Assembly (NCBI GenBank): GCA_964016885.1
Contig: OZ024740.1
Coordinates: forward strand, 76,012,001 to 76,076,000
DNA from: Eledone cirrhosa
Taxonomy: Eukaryota
DNA length: 64,000 bases
Reading direction: 5' to 3'
This document shows, piece by piece, positions 25,110 through 38,448 of this stretch; the first letter of the stretch is position 1, and each line of letters begins with the position of its first letter. The notes below the pieces were generated by a model that was not told the origin of the DNA, did not search any database, and worked only from the letters and a program-made list of their open reading frames with translations. A program made the position numbers and the translations under genes.

Positions 25110-28100
25110 GCCACCGCTACTACTTCACCACCGCTACTACTCCACCACCGCTACTACTCCACCACCGCTACTACTCCACCACCGTTACTACTCCACCACC
25201 GCTACTACTCCACCACCGTTACTACTCCACCACCGCTACTACTCCACCACCGTTACTACTCCACCACCGCTACTACTCCACCACGCTACTACCCCACCAC
25301 CGCTACTACTCCACCACCGCTACTACTCCACCACCGCTACTACTCCACCACCGCTACTACTCCACCACGCTACTACCCCACCACCGCTACTACTCCACCA
25401 CCGCTACTACTCCACCACCGCTACTACCCCACCACCGCTACTACCCCACCACCGCTACTACTCCACCACCGCTACTACTCCACCACCGCTACTACTCCAC
25501 CACCGTTACTACTCCACCGCCGCTACTACTCCACCACCGCTACTACCCCACCACCGCTACTACCCCACCACCGCTACTACTCCACCACCGCTACTACTCC
25601 ACCACCGCTACTACTCCACCACCGCTACTACCCCACCACCGCTACTACCCCACCACCGCTACTACTCCACCACCGCTACTACTCCACCACCGCTACTACT
25701 CCACCACCGCTACTACTCCACCACCGCTACTACCCCACCACCGCTACTACCCCACCACCGCTACTACTCCACCACCGCTACTACTCCACCACCGCTACTA
25801 CTCCACCACCGCTACTACTCCACCACCGCTACTACTCCACCACCGCTACTACCCCACCACCGCTACTACCCCACCACCGCTACTACTCCACCACCGCTAC
25901 TACTCCACCACCGCTACTACTCCACCACCACTACTACTCCACCACCGCTACTACTCCACCACCGCTACTACCCCACCACCGCTACTACCCCACCACCGCT
26001 ACTACCCCACCACCGCTACTACCCCACCACCGCTACTACCCCACCACCGCTACTACTCCACCACCGTTACTACTCCACCGCCGCTACTACTCCACCACCG
26101 CTACTACTCCACCACCGCTACTACCCCACCACCGCTACTACCCCACCACCGCTACTACTCCACCACCGTTACTACTCCACCACCGCTACTACCCCACCAC
26201 CGCTACTACCCCACCACCGCTACTACTCCACCACCGCTACTACTCCACCACCGCTACTACTCCACCACCGCTACTACTCCACCACCGCTACTACCCCACC
26301 ACCGCTACTACCCCACCACCGCTACTACCCCACCACCGCTACTACTCCACCACCGCTACTACCCCACCACCGCTACTACCCCACCACCGCTACTACCCCA
26401 CCACCGCTACTACTCCACCACCGCTACTACCCCACCACCGCTACTACCCCACCACCGCTACTACTCCACCACCGCTACTACCCCACCACCGCTACTACTC
26501 CACCACCGCTACTACCCCACCACCGCTACTACCCCACCACCGCTACTACCCCACCACCGCTACTACTCCACCACCGCTACTACCCCACCACCGCTACTAC
26601 CCCACCACCGCTACTACCCCACCACCGCTACTACTCCACCACCGCTACTACTCCACCACCGCTACTACCCCACCACCGCTACTACTCCACCACCGCTACT
26701 ACCCCACCACCGCTACTACCCCACCACCGCTACTACCCCACCACCGCTACTACTCCACCACCGCTACTACTCCACCACCGCTACTACCCCACCACCGCTA
26801 CTACCCCACCACCGCTACTACTCCACCACCGTTACTACCCCACCACCGCTACTACTCCACCACCGTTACTACTCCACCACCGCTACTACCCCACCACCGA
26901 TACTACTCCACCACCGCTACTACCCCACCACCGCTACTACTCCACCACCGCTACTACCCCACCACCACTACTACCCCAAGACCGCTACTACCCCACCACC
27001 GCTACTACTCCACCACCGTTACTACCCCACCACCGCTACTACTCCACCACCGCTACTACTCCACCACCGTTACTACCCCACCACCGCTACTACTCCACCA
27101 CCGCTACTACTCCACCACCGCTATTACTCCACCACCGTTACTACTCCACCACCGCTACTAATCCACCACCGCTACTACTCCACCACCGCTACTACTCCAC
27201 CACCGCTACTACTCCACCACCGTTACTACTCCACCACCGTTACTACTCCACCACCGCTACTACTCCACCACCGCTACTACTCCACCACAGCTACTACTCC
27301 ACCACCGCTACTACCCCACCACCGCTACTACCCCAAGACCGCTACTACCCCACCACCGCTACTACTCCACCACCGTTACTACCCCACCACCGCTACTACT
27401 CCACCACCGTTACTACTCCACCGCCGCTACTACTCCACCACCGCTACTACTCCACCACCGCTACTACCCCACCACCGCTACTACCCCACCACCGCTACTA
27501 CTCCACCACCGTTACTACTCCACCACCGCTACTACCCCACCACCGCTACTACCCCACCACCGCTACTACTCCACCACCGCTACTACTCCACCACCGCTAC
27601 TACTCCACCACCGCTACTACTCCACCACCGCTACTACCCCACCACCGCTACTACCCCACCACCGCTACTACCCCACCACCGCTACTACTCCACCACCGCT
27701 ACTACCCCACCACCGCTACTACCCCACCACCGCTACTACCCCACCACCGCTACTACTCCACCACCGCTACTACCCCACCACCGCTACTACCCCACCACCG
27801 CTACTACTCCACCACCGCTACTACCCCAAGACCGCTACTACCCCACCACCGCTACTACTCCACCACCGCTACTACTCCACCACCGTTACTACCCCACCAC
27901 CGCTACTACTCCACCACCGCTACTACTCCACCACCGCTACTACTCCACCACCGTTACTACTCCACCACCGCTACTAATACACCACCGCTACTACTCCACC
28001 ACCGCTACTACTCCACCACCGCTACTACTCCACCACCGTTACTACTCCACCACCGTTACTACTCCACCACCGCTACTACTCCACCACCGCTACTACTCCA

Positions 28101-31100
28101 CCACAGCTACTACTCCACCACCGCTACTACCCCACCACCGCTACTACCCCAAGACCGCTACTACCCCACCACCGCTACTACTCCACCACCGTTACTACCC
28201 CACCACCGCTACTACTCCACCACCGCTACTACTCCACCACCGCTACTACTCCACCACCGCTACTACTCCACCACCGTTACTACTCCACCACCGCTACTAC
28301 TCCACCACCGTTACTACTCCACCACCGCTACTACTCCACCACCGCTACTACTCCACCACCGCTACTACTCCACCACCGCTACTACTCCACCACCGTTACT
28401 ACTCCACCACCGCTACTATCCCAAGACCGCTACTACCCCACCACCGCTACTACTCCACCACCGTTACTACTCCACCACCGCTACTACTCCACCACCGCTA
28501 CTACTCCACCACAGCTACTACTCCACCACCGCTACTACCCCACCACCGCTACTACCCCACCACCGCTACTACCCCACCACCGCTACTACCCCACCACCGT
28601 TACTACTCCACCACCGTTACTACTCCACCACCGCTACTACTCCACCACCGCTACTACCCCACCACCGCTACTACCCCACCACCGCTACTACCCCACCACC
28701 GCTACTACCCCACCACCGCTACTACCCCACCACCGCTACTACTCCACCACCGTTACTACTCCACCACCGCTACCACCCCACCACCGCTACTACCCCACCA
28801 TCGCTACTACCCCACCACCGCTACTACTCCACCACCGCTACTACTCCACCACCGCTACTACCCCACCACCGCTACTACCCCACCACCGCTACTACTCCAC
28901 CACGGTTACTACTCCACCACCGCTACTACTCCACCACCGTTACTACTCCACCACCGCTACTACTCCACCACCGTTACTACTCCACCACCGCTACTACTCC
29001 ACCACCGCTACTACTCCACCACCGCTACTACTCCATCACCGTTACTACTCCACCACCGCTACTACTCCACCACCGCTACTACTCCACCACCGCTACTACC
29101 CCACCACCGCTACTACTCCACCACCGTTACTACTCCACCACCGCTACTACTCCACCACCGTTACTACTCCACCACCGCTACTACTCCACCACCGTTACTA
29201 CTCCACCACCGCTACTACTCCACCACCGCTACTACTCCACCACCGCTACTACTCCACCACCGTTACTACTCCACCACCGCTACTACTCCACCACCGCTAC
29301 TACTCCACCACCGCTACTACCCCACCACCGCTACTACCCCACCACCGCTACTACCCCACCACCGCTACTACCCCACCACCGCTACTACTCCACCACCGCT
29401 ACTACTCCACCACCGCTACTACCCCACCACCGCTACTACTCCACCACCGCTACTACTCCACCACCGCTACTACCCCACCACCGCTACTACTCCACCACCG
29501 TTACTACCCCACCACCGCTACTACTCCACCACCGCTACTACTCCACCACCGCTACTACTCCACCACCGCTACTACCCCACCACCGCTACTACTCCACCAC
29601 CGTTACTACCCCACCACCGTTACTACTCCACCACCGCTACTACTCCACCACCGCTACTACTCCACCACCGCTACTACTCCACCACCGCTACTACCCCACC
29701 ACCGCTACTACTCCACCACCGTTACTACCCCACCACCGTTACTACTCCACCACCGCTACTACTCCACCACCGTTACTACTCCACCACCGCTACTACTCCA
29801 CCACCGCTACTACTCCACCACCGTTACTACCCCACCACCGCTACTACTCCACCACCGCTACTACTCTACCACCACTACTACCCCACCACCGCTACTACCC
29901 CAATACCGCTACTACCCCACCACCGCTACTACTCCACCACCGTTACTACTCCACCACCGTTACTACTCCACCACCGCTACTACTCCACCACCGCTACTAC
30001 TCCACCACCGCTACTACCCCACCACCGCTACTACTCCACCACCGCTACTACCCCACCACCGCTACTACCCCACCACCGCTACTACCCCACCACCCCTACT
30101 ACTCCACCACCGTTACTACCCCACCACCGCTACTACTCCACCACCGCTACTACTCTACCACCACTACTACCCCACCACCGCTACTAAACCAATACCGCTA
30201 CTACCCCACCACCGCTACTACTCCACCACCGTTACTACTCCACCACCGTTACTACTCCACCACCGCTACTACTCCACCACCGCTACTACTCTACCACCAC
30301 TACTACCCCACCACCGCTACTACCCCAATACCGCTACTACCCCACCACCGCTACTACTCCACCACCGTTACTACTCCACCACCGTTACTACTCCACCACC
30401 GCTACTACTCCACCACCGCTACTACTCCACCACCGCTACTACCCCACCACCGCTACTACTCCACCACCGCTACTACCCCACCACCGCTACTACCCCACCA
30501 CCGCTACTACCCCACCACCCCTACTACTCCACCACCGTTACTACCCCACCACCGCTACTACTCCACCACCGCTACTACTCTACCACCACTACTACCCCAC
30601 CACCGCTACTAAACCAATACCGCTACTACCCCACCACCGCTACTACTCCACCACCGTTACTACTCCACCACCGTTACTACTCCACCACCGCTACTACTCC
30701 ACCACCGCTACTACTCCACCACCGTTACTACTCCACCACCGCTACTACTCCACCACCGCTACTACCCCACCACCGCTACTACCCCACCACCACTACTACC
30801 CCACCACCCCTACTACTCCACCACCGCTACTACTCCACCACCGCTACTACTCCACCACCGCTACTACCCCACCACCGCTACTACTCCACCACCGCTACTA
30901 CTCCACCACCGCTACTACTCCACCACCACTACTACTCCACCACCGCTACTACTCCACCACCGTTACTACTCCACCACCGCTACTACCCCACCACCGCTAC
31001 TACCCCACCACCGCTACTACCCCACCACCGCTACTACCCCACCACCGCTACTACTCCACCACCGCTACTACCCCACCACCGCTACTACCCCACCACCGCT

Positions 31101-33040
31101 ACTACTCCACCACCGCTACTACTCCACCACCGCTACTACTCCACCACCGCTACTACCCCACCACCCCTACTACTCCACCACCGCTACTACTCCACCACCG
31201 CTACTACTCCACCACCGCTACTACCCCACCACCGCTACTACCCCACCACCGCTACTACCCCACCACCGCTACTACCCCACCACCGCTACTACTCCACCAC
31301 CGTTACTACTCCACCACCGCTACTACTCCACCACCGCTACTACTCCACCACCGCTACTACTCCACCACCGCTACTACTCCACCACCGCTACTACCCCACC
31401 ACCGCTACTACCCCACCACCGCTACTACCCCACCACCGCTACTACCCCACCACCGCTACTACCCCACCACCGCTACTACCCCACCACCGCTACTACCGCA
31501 CCACCGCTACTACCCCACCACCCCTACTACTCCACCACCGCTACTACTCCACCACCGCTACTACTCCACCACCGCTACTACCCCACCACCGCTACTACCC
31601 CACCACCGCTACTACCCCACCACCGCTACTACCCCACCACCGTTACTACTCCACCACCGCTACTACTCCACCACCGCTACTACTCCACCACCGCTACAAC
31701 TCCACCACCGCTACTACTCCACCACCGCCGTACTCCACCACCGCTACTACTCCACCACCGCTACTACCCCACCACCGCCGTACTCCACCACCGCTACTAC
31801 TCCACCACCGCTACTACCCCACCACCGCTACTACTCCACCACCGCTACTACCCCACCACCGCCGTACTCCACCACCGCTACTACTCCACCACCGCTACTA
31901 CCCCACCACCGCTACTACCCCACCACCGCTACTACTCCACCACCGCTACTACCCCACCACCGCTACTACTCCACCACCGCTACTACTCCACCACCGCTAC
32001 TATTCCACCACCGCTACTACTCCACCACCGCTACTACTCCACCACCGCTACTACTCCACCACCGTTACTACCCCACCACCGCTACTACTCCACCACCGCT
32101 ACTACTCCACCACCGCTACTACTCCACCACCGCTACTACTCCACCACCGCAACTACCCCACCACCGTTACTACTCCACCACCGCTACTACTCCACCACCG
32201 CTACTACCCCACCACCGCTACTACCCCACCACCGCTACTACTCCACCACCGCTACTACTCTACCACCGCTACTACTCCACCACCGCTACTACTCCACCAC
32301 CGCTACTACTCCACCACCGCTACTACTCCACCACCGCAACTACCCCACCACCGTTACTACTCCACCACCGCTACTACTCCACCACCGCTACTACCCCACC
32401 ACCGCTACTACCCCACCACCGCCGTACTCCACCACCGCTACTACTCCACCACCGCTACTACCCCACCACCGCTACTACTCCACCACCGCTACTACTCCAC
32501 CACCGCAACTACCCCATCACCGCTACTACTCCACCACCGCTACTACCCCACCACCGCTACTACTCCACCACCGCAACTACCCCATCACCGCTACTACTCC
32601 ACCACCGCTACTACCCCACCACCGCTACTACTCCACCACCGCAACTACCCCACCACCGTTACTACTCCACCACCGCTACTACTCCACCACCGCTACTACT
32701 CCACCACCGCTACTACTCCACCACCGCAACTACCCCACCACCGTTACTACTCCACCACCGCTACTACTCCACCACCGCTACTACCCCACCACCGCTACTA
32801 CCCCACCGCCGCCGTACTCCACCACCGCTACTACTCCACCACCGCTACTACCCCACCACCGCTACTACTCCACCACCGCTACTACTCCACCACCGCAACT
32901 ACCCCATCACCGCTACTACTCCACCACCGCTACTACCCCACCACCGCTACTACCCCACCACCGCTACTACCCCACCACCGCCGTACCCCACCACCGCTAC
33001 TCCACCACCGCTACTACTCCACCACCGCTACTACCCCACC
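25110..33040. repeat. ~8 kb 17-bp minisatellite (YCCACCACCGYTACTAC)n, roughly 465 units
   Basis: The period of 17 is directly visible and explains the 17-aa repeat in the ORF track. The flanks are degenerate (CCA)/(CTA) microsatellites. Confidence 0.98.
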
Positions 33041-33298
33041 ACTGCTACTACTGCTACTACTACTACTACTGCTGCTACTAGTGCTACACTACTACTACTA
33101 CTACTACTAGTAGTAGTAGTAGCACTAGTAGCAACAACAGCAGCAACAGTAGCAACAACAGCAGCATCAGTAACAATAGCAGCAATAGTAACAACAACAG
33201 CAGCAACAGCAACAGTAACAACAGCAGGTACAGCAACAGTAACAACAACAGCAGCAACAGCAACGGTAACAACAACAACAACAGTAACATCAACAAGA
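33041..33298. repeat. Compound trinucleotide microsatellite (CTA/TAG/CAG/CAA)
   Basis: Directly visible. Confidence 0.9.
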
Positions 33299-33334
33299 TA
33301 TACATAGCACGGGAAACATAAACAATAATAATAA

Positions 33335-33508
33335 TAATTGTTTCTACGTTAGGCACAAGGCCAGCAAATACCCAGTGCATTACTGGTACTTTATTTTATC
33401 GACGATGAAAGGCAAAGTTAACCTCGGCGGGATTTGAACTCAGAATGGCAAGGGCCGTAACTCTATACGTCAAAGCATGGCGTCCGCCCCTCTACCAATA
33501 CTGCCAAA
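33335..33508 (-). mobile_element. tRNA-derived SINE
   Basis: Same family core as the other SINE copies. Confidence 0.85.
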
Positions 33509-33879
33509 TAATGGTAATAATGATAATTTCTTTAATGGTGATAATGATAATCCCATCCAATCTAATCAAGGGCCTTCTCACACTTCTTGGAGGAACCCCT
33601 CCCTGGTTGACCTCCACTACTTTTTATTTGGGTTTGGTCATGTCAGGGGTGTAGTTGTACTCATCACCTTTGATAAATTGCAGGTTGATGAGACTATTTA
33701 ACCTATAGTTGGGGTCGATGGTTGTTGACTCTAAGGAGTTCATCAGCCCTTTTAACAGCTTTTGTTTTTTTTGTGCTGCTGGAATTCCACTCACTCTCCT
33801 CACCCGGCATGCTTGCAGCCCTCCTTAACAAGTGATAACGCCTTGGGCGGTAGTTTCCAAGTAACAGATCACATAAAAT

Positions 33880-34115
33880 CTTACTGGGATATCTGCTGAT
33901 AAGGTGGAAGGAATATTACCGAGGGAACAAAAATGATGTAGGAAGAGATAAGACAGTTTTGAGTCATTGCAAAATAACAAATATCATACCAACGTGTCTA
34001 TGGCCTCGTTTGACTTTAAGAAAGCATATGATATGGAGCCTCATTCTTGTATTGTTGAATGCCTGCAGATATTGTTGAATGCCTGCACACATTTTCTTCT
34101 GAATGTGCTAGAGTG
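33880..34115 (+). mobile_element. Old R4/Dong-like RT remnant
   Basis: LPREQK*CRK..DFKKAYDMEPHSCI resembles LPDEQKGCRK..DYKKAFDMVPHSWI in the 53514-54986 ORF. Confidence 0.65.
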
Positions 34116-34223
34116 GAAGATCAAGCTGAAGATCAAGCTGAAGATCAAGTTGAAGATCAAGTTAAAGATCAAGTTGAAGATCAAGTTAAAGATCAAGTTG
34201 AAGATCAAGATGAAGATCAAGTT
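34116..34223. repeat. 12-bp tandem repeat (aagatcaagttg)x~9
   Basis: Directly visible; it produces the KIKL ORF artefact. Confidence 0.9.
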
Positions 34224-34939
34224 CTACCTTAGCAATATATTCCATGGCTGGAAAATTATACAAGTAAAACTGAGTTATTTTAGTCCGTCTAGCTTATAGC
34301 CATCAATTTCGGATTTTGGCTTAAGTTTGATGTTTAATTCCTTCCCTGAGTTGATAATTTATTAATATATCTTATCCTTTCATTGAGATGTCTAAATAAT
34401 ATAGACAGTTAACTATATAAATTAATAACTACTCATTTATTGTTGGTTATATAGACGGTTTTGGCTGCTATTTCCAGTGTCATTGTAAGCCTATCATATT
34501 GTTTTAATACATGATGTGGGATATATTTATATATTAATTCGACGCCATGTGGTCTCTGCAAAGATATGGAATGTATGCTATATATTCAACTACTCTTATT
34601 CCAAAGAATTGTTTTCGTAGTGAAGGAATTGTGATTCTTTCAATATTGGATATTTCATTGTTTTAAAATGACTAATATTGCTTCTTTAATTCCAGAAACC
34701 ATGGTTGGAGAACTACATGGGCAAAACTGACTTATTTTAGTCCGTCTAAGATATACCCCCTCCCCAAAATCGGGATTTGGACTTAAGTTTAATTATTTCT
34801 CTGAGTTAATAATTTATTAATATTCCTTTTCCTTTCACTGAGATAGCTAAGTATTAGAGTTAGATAACTTTTAAAATTAATATATCAATATATCAATATA
34901 TATATATATATATATATTACCTTTTAATAAAAGAGTTTG

Positions 34940-36602
34940 TATACCACAACAAATAGATGACGAAACAGAGGCAGAGTTTACCATAGCTAGAAATAAACTT
35001 AGATAGGTAGAGACAAAGCAGACCAGAAATTCAACAACTTGGAAGAAAACCTATAGAAGGCCTACTCAGCCGCACACAGTGCACAAGGGATGGTGAGGTA
35101 ATGTGTCTACCCACAGATATATCTGGTAGGATGTTAATAGACAGCATGCCGAACTATATCAAGGCTATGCAACCCCACATCATCAACACGAGCGAAACAA
35201 CACAACAAACACATGATGATGTAGACCGACATCCTAAAGCCAAGCAGACGCACAGCCAACAACTTCCAAGCGTCTAACAACGACATACCACCCTTGTATG
35301 AGCTCCGCAAAGACCATAAGACAACCAACGACCCGACGACAGGACCACCAACAAGACCTGTATGCGGAGCTAATATTGCTAGCAACTACAGGATCTCCTA
35401 CTTCCTCTCTATGGTTATACGCCCCATAATTAAGATGTCCCCAGATATATGTGACGACACAGAGGACATCCTCATCAGAATCAATCAATGGAACAACAAC
35501 AGAAACTTAACTAACTGCATAATAGGCAGTATGGATGTAGTATCACTCTACCCATCCATTAACATTGATTTTGCTGTGGAAAAATGTGTGGAAATAATCA
35601 GTCAGAGTGAAGTGCAGTTCTGAGATGTCGACACAGATGACCTGGGCCTTCTACTTAGACTTACTTATGACACCGAGTACCTAGATAACCATGACCTTAG
35701 TTGTTTCTGCCCCAGTAGACCCCTCCACCATAACCTCAATGGCTAAAAAGATTCCCATGGGAAGATAGAATGGATGGACCAAAGCCATACGGACACCCCA
35801 AAACAATGATCAGGTGAAAAAAATGGTCGCACATGCAATAGGGGCTAGTATAAAAACTACCCTAAAGGGCAATATGTTTAAATTTAACGAAAAGATCTAC
35901 ACCCGGAATGAGGGAGCAGCCATTGAAATCAGCATAGCTGGCGATGTTGCCAGTCTATTTATGGTATGGTGGGAAAGGAGACTCAGAGAACTCCTTGAAG
36001 AGAACTCCATAGACCTCGTCATGTACTCTCGTTACGTAGACGATATTAATATAGTAATAAGAACACCCCCACCCACAAGAGAGTACTAATAAACATGACT
36101 TAGAAAATATTACAAAGGATAGCACCCAGCAGATAGCTAACTCCATACACCATAATATAACTGTAACTGTTGACTACCCTTCCAAACACCTTAAAAATAG
36201 ACTACCTGTATTAGACACGGAACTCTGGATTAACACTATAGACGAGAGGGCCCCAAATCTCCACTCACACTATGCTAAACCAATGGCCTCCAAATACCAG
36301 ATACTCAAAAACTCAGCAATGTCCAATAATGCTAAGTGTAATATTCTGATCGCTGACTTGGTAAAAGTGATGAAGAATGTGTTCCGCATGTGCGACCCAA
36401 CTGAAATGGAAAGACACATCCAACACTTCATCAATCGCATGCAGTTCTCTGGCTACAACCAAAGAGACAGAATCAGAGTATACAAAGGAGACGGAGAAAT
36501 ATAAGACCCTCATAGAAATGGACATGAAAGGAATTTGCCCATTATACTGGAGAAAATCATGGAATAGCTTAGATAGGACTAAACATAAGATAGGGAAAGC
36601 CA
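34940..36602 (+). mobile_element. Penelope-like element RT remnant (degenerate)
   Basis: PPLYELRKDHK..TRPVCGA, GSMDVVSLYPSI, YSRYVDDI, LPVLD and HYAKPMASK are PLE-type RT motifs. It has many stops and frameshifts and is cut at 36602. Confidence 0.8.
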
Positions 36603-37294
36603 TGTAACGGAATATTGTGTGGTTGTAACGATAAGTGGATGGATGTAACTGTTGGTATGGTGGTTTCGATGTAAAGAAAAATACCAGGATTGTGTTGTTA
36701 CAAAGTTTATTTTATTATAACACTATTCAATTTGAATATTGAATGATAAAATCAATAACACAAAATATTCATACAATAATTTGGTGGCTCTTCGGGCCAC
36801 GTAAATTCAAGTATCACAGAATACGATTATAATATAATTTGTAATGTATCAGAAATGTACAATATGTGTAAACAGAAATGGTGCGTGTAAAAATACTGAA
36901 CTCACTATGAATGCGTGTGTGCGTATCAGTATATTTACTTATTTGTATTGCAGGAGTCAGCGATCAGCCAGGAAGGTGAGAATTAGTGGCAGACTGGTTT
37001 TTCGTGATGAGAGCGTGTAAATGCGACTTGTCTTGTCTGTATATCACTTCTTTTTCTGTCGGGGCGTAAACAACCCCTGTATTTATAGGAGTTGAAGTTA
37101 GAAGTATAGATATATCCTCTGAACTTTGGTTAGTCTCCCAAGGGATTAGTTTGCCAAGCGTAAACAAGTCAGAAAGATGGATATATCCTCTGACCCATTT
37201 TCTGTCAGGCGTAAACACCTCTGACCTGTGTTTAGTCTCTCCCAAGGGGTTAGTCTCTTGAGCGTAAACAAGTTACCACGGCTTGTCCCATAGG
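36603..37294 (-). mobile_element. Probable truncated LTR abutting the inner end of the right arm
   Basis: On the minus strand it ends ..gttaca at 36603 and has AATAAA (~36706-36716), a TATA-like ctataaatac (~37079-37088) and upstream repeats containing cgtaaaca x4. The other LTR end is missing. Confidence 0.5.
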
Positions 37295-38126
37295 TGGAGT
37301 GACTGGAATACTGAAAATTAAGGGAAAGGACGTAAAATAACTGAAGTGTGGATTGGCTGCAAGGAAGGGGTAAGGGCAGCGATGAATAATTTCAACGGAA
37401 ATGAAAGTGGTAGACAAGGATCTGATCTAAGTTTGTTTCATTGGAATATTTAAAAAAAAATCGATAACTAGGACCAGTAGAGATAATCAATGGCTGGAGA
37501 TTAAGTGATGAGAAAAATGATTGTCATGAATTCGATATCTGTGGACCTTAATGCAGTTATCTAACTGGAAGTCCTACCTAAGTGAGCTAACACTGCATTA
37601 TCTGAATGCTAATCTAATTATATCCAGTGGTAAAAATGATGCAATTGATGAATGTCAATTTACAAAACATAAACATCATATTTGATATGTAGCTAGTGGG
37701 GTTTGGGAAATAGCTGAACCTGCAGCAAGAGTATTGTTAGTTAAAAATCCAAATAGACATAAAACCACAATAATTCTGTTCCTGCAAATACTTTTGGGAC
37801 TTATGTTTTTTGCATTGTATCGTGTTGTATTTCATAGTAAAATTTAGAAGACTCAAGGATCATATCGGGCTGCACAAATTCTACATGTGGCACTGTACTT
37901 ATTATACGCCATGGCTATTTAAGAGCTTCATTTGTGGAGAACATTCCATAAGAATTAACATATTTTCCATATGATATTCGCTTATGTTTGAATTAATTAA
38001 TTTAAAATATATCGATATGTTAAAAATAATAATTAAAAAAAAATAGTAAGAAGGGAATACAACTTTTTAAAAGTTTTTGAAAGTTGTTCCCCTTTAACTT
38101 CTCTTCAGAATATTTATTGTATTTTG

Positions 38127-38187
38127 TGAGTCAGTGCCCGTGACTCTTCCGGTTTTGTTTCATGCACATACTGGGCGGAAGTGACGT
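38127..38187 (+). promoter_or_regulatory. Putative proximal promoter of right caspase (AP-1, ETS, ETS-CRE)
   Basis: TGAGTCA 38127-38133, CTTCCGG 38146-38152 and GCGGAAGTGACGT 38175-38187. Confidence 0.5.
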
Positions 38188-38448
38188 TTGGGGTGTGTCA
38201 TCTATTCATTTATTTTTAGATATCTGGAAATTTATTTTAGATATTATTAGCCTACGTTTAACATTACTATTCCTTCCATCGTGATTTGATAAAGGAATTC
38301 GTTTCTGGTGCTGAACAAAACCTCCGCTTTTGTATTGTTTATTCCATTTATTAACTGCTGTGACATTTCGATTTAGCTGCATTAACAATCTGCAGTTTGT
38401 TATATACTTTACTAATTTCTGTCAGATTAATACAAATTCCTATCGACA

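Noticed and set aside
25064-30187. 1707-aa Pro/Thr/His/Tyr-rich 'extensin-like' ORF
   Set aside because: The 17-bp unit has no stop in any frame on the C-rich strand, so long ORFs are automatic. The period is not a multiple of 3, there is no ATG start or signal peptide, and the array continues past the stop.
25110-33040. CRISPR array or telomeric repeat
   Set aside because: There are no unique spacers and no cas genes, the context is eukaryotic, and the unit is not TTAGGG-like.
33084-34299. Poly-Leu ORF and KIKL-repeat ORF
   Set aside because: They come from microsatellite and 12-bp tandem repeats joined to an RT remnant.
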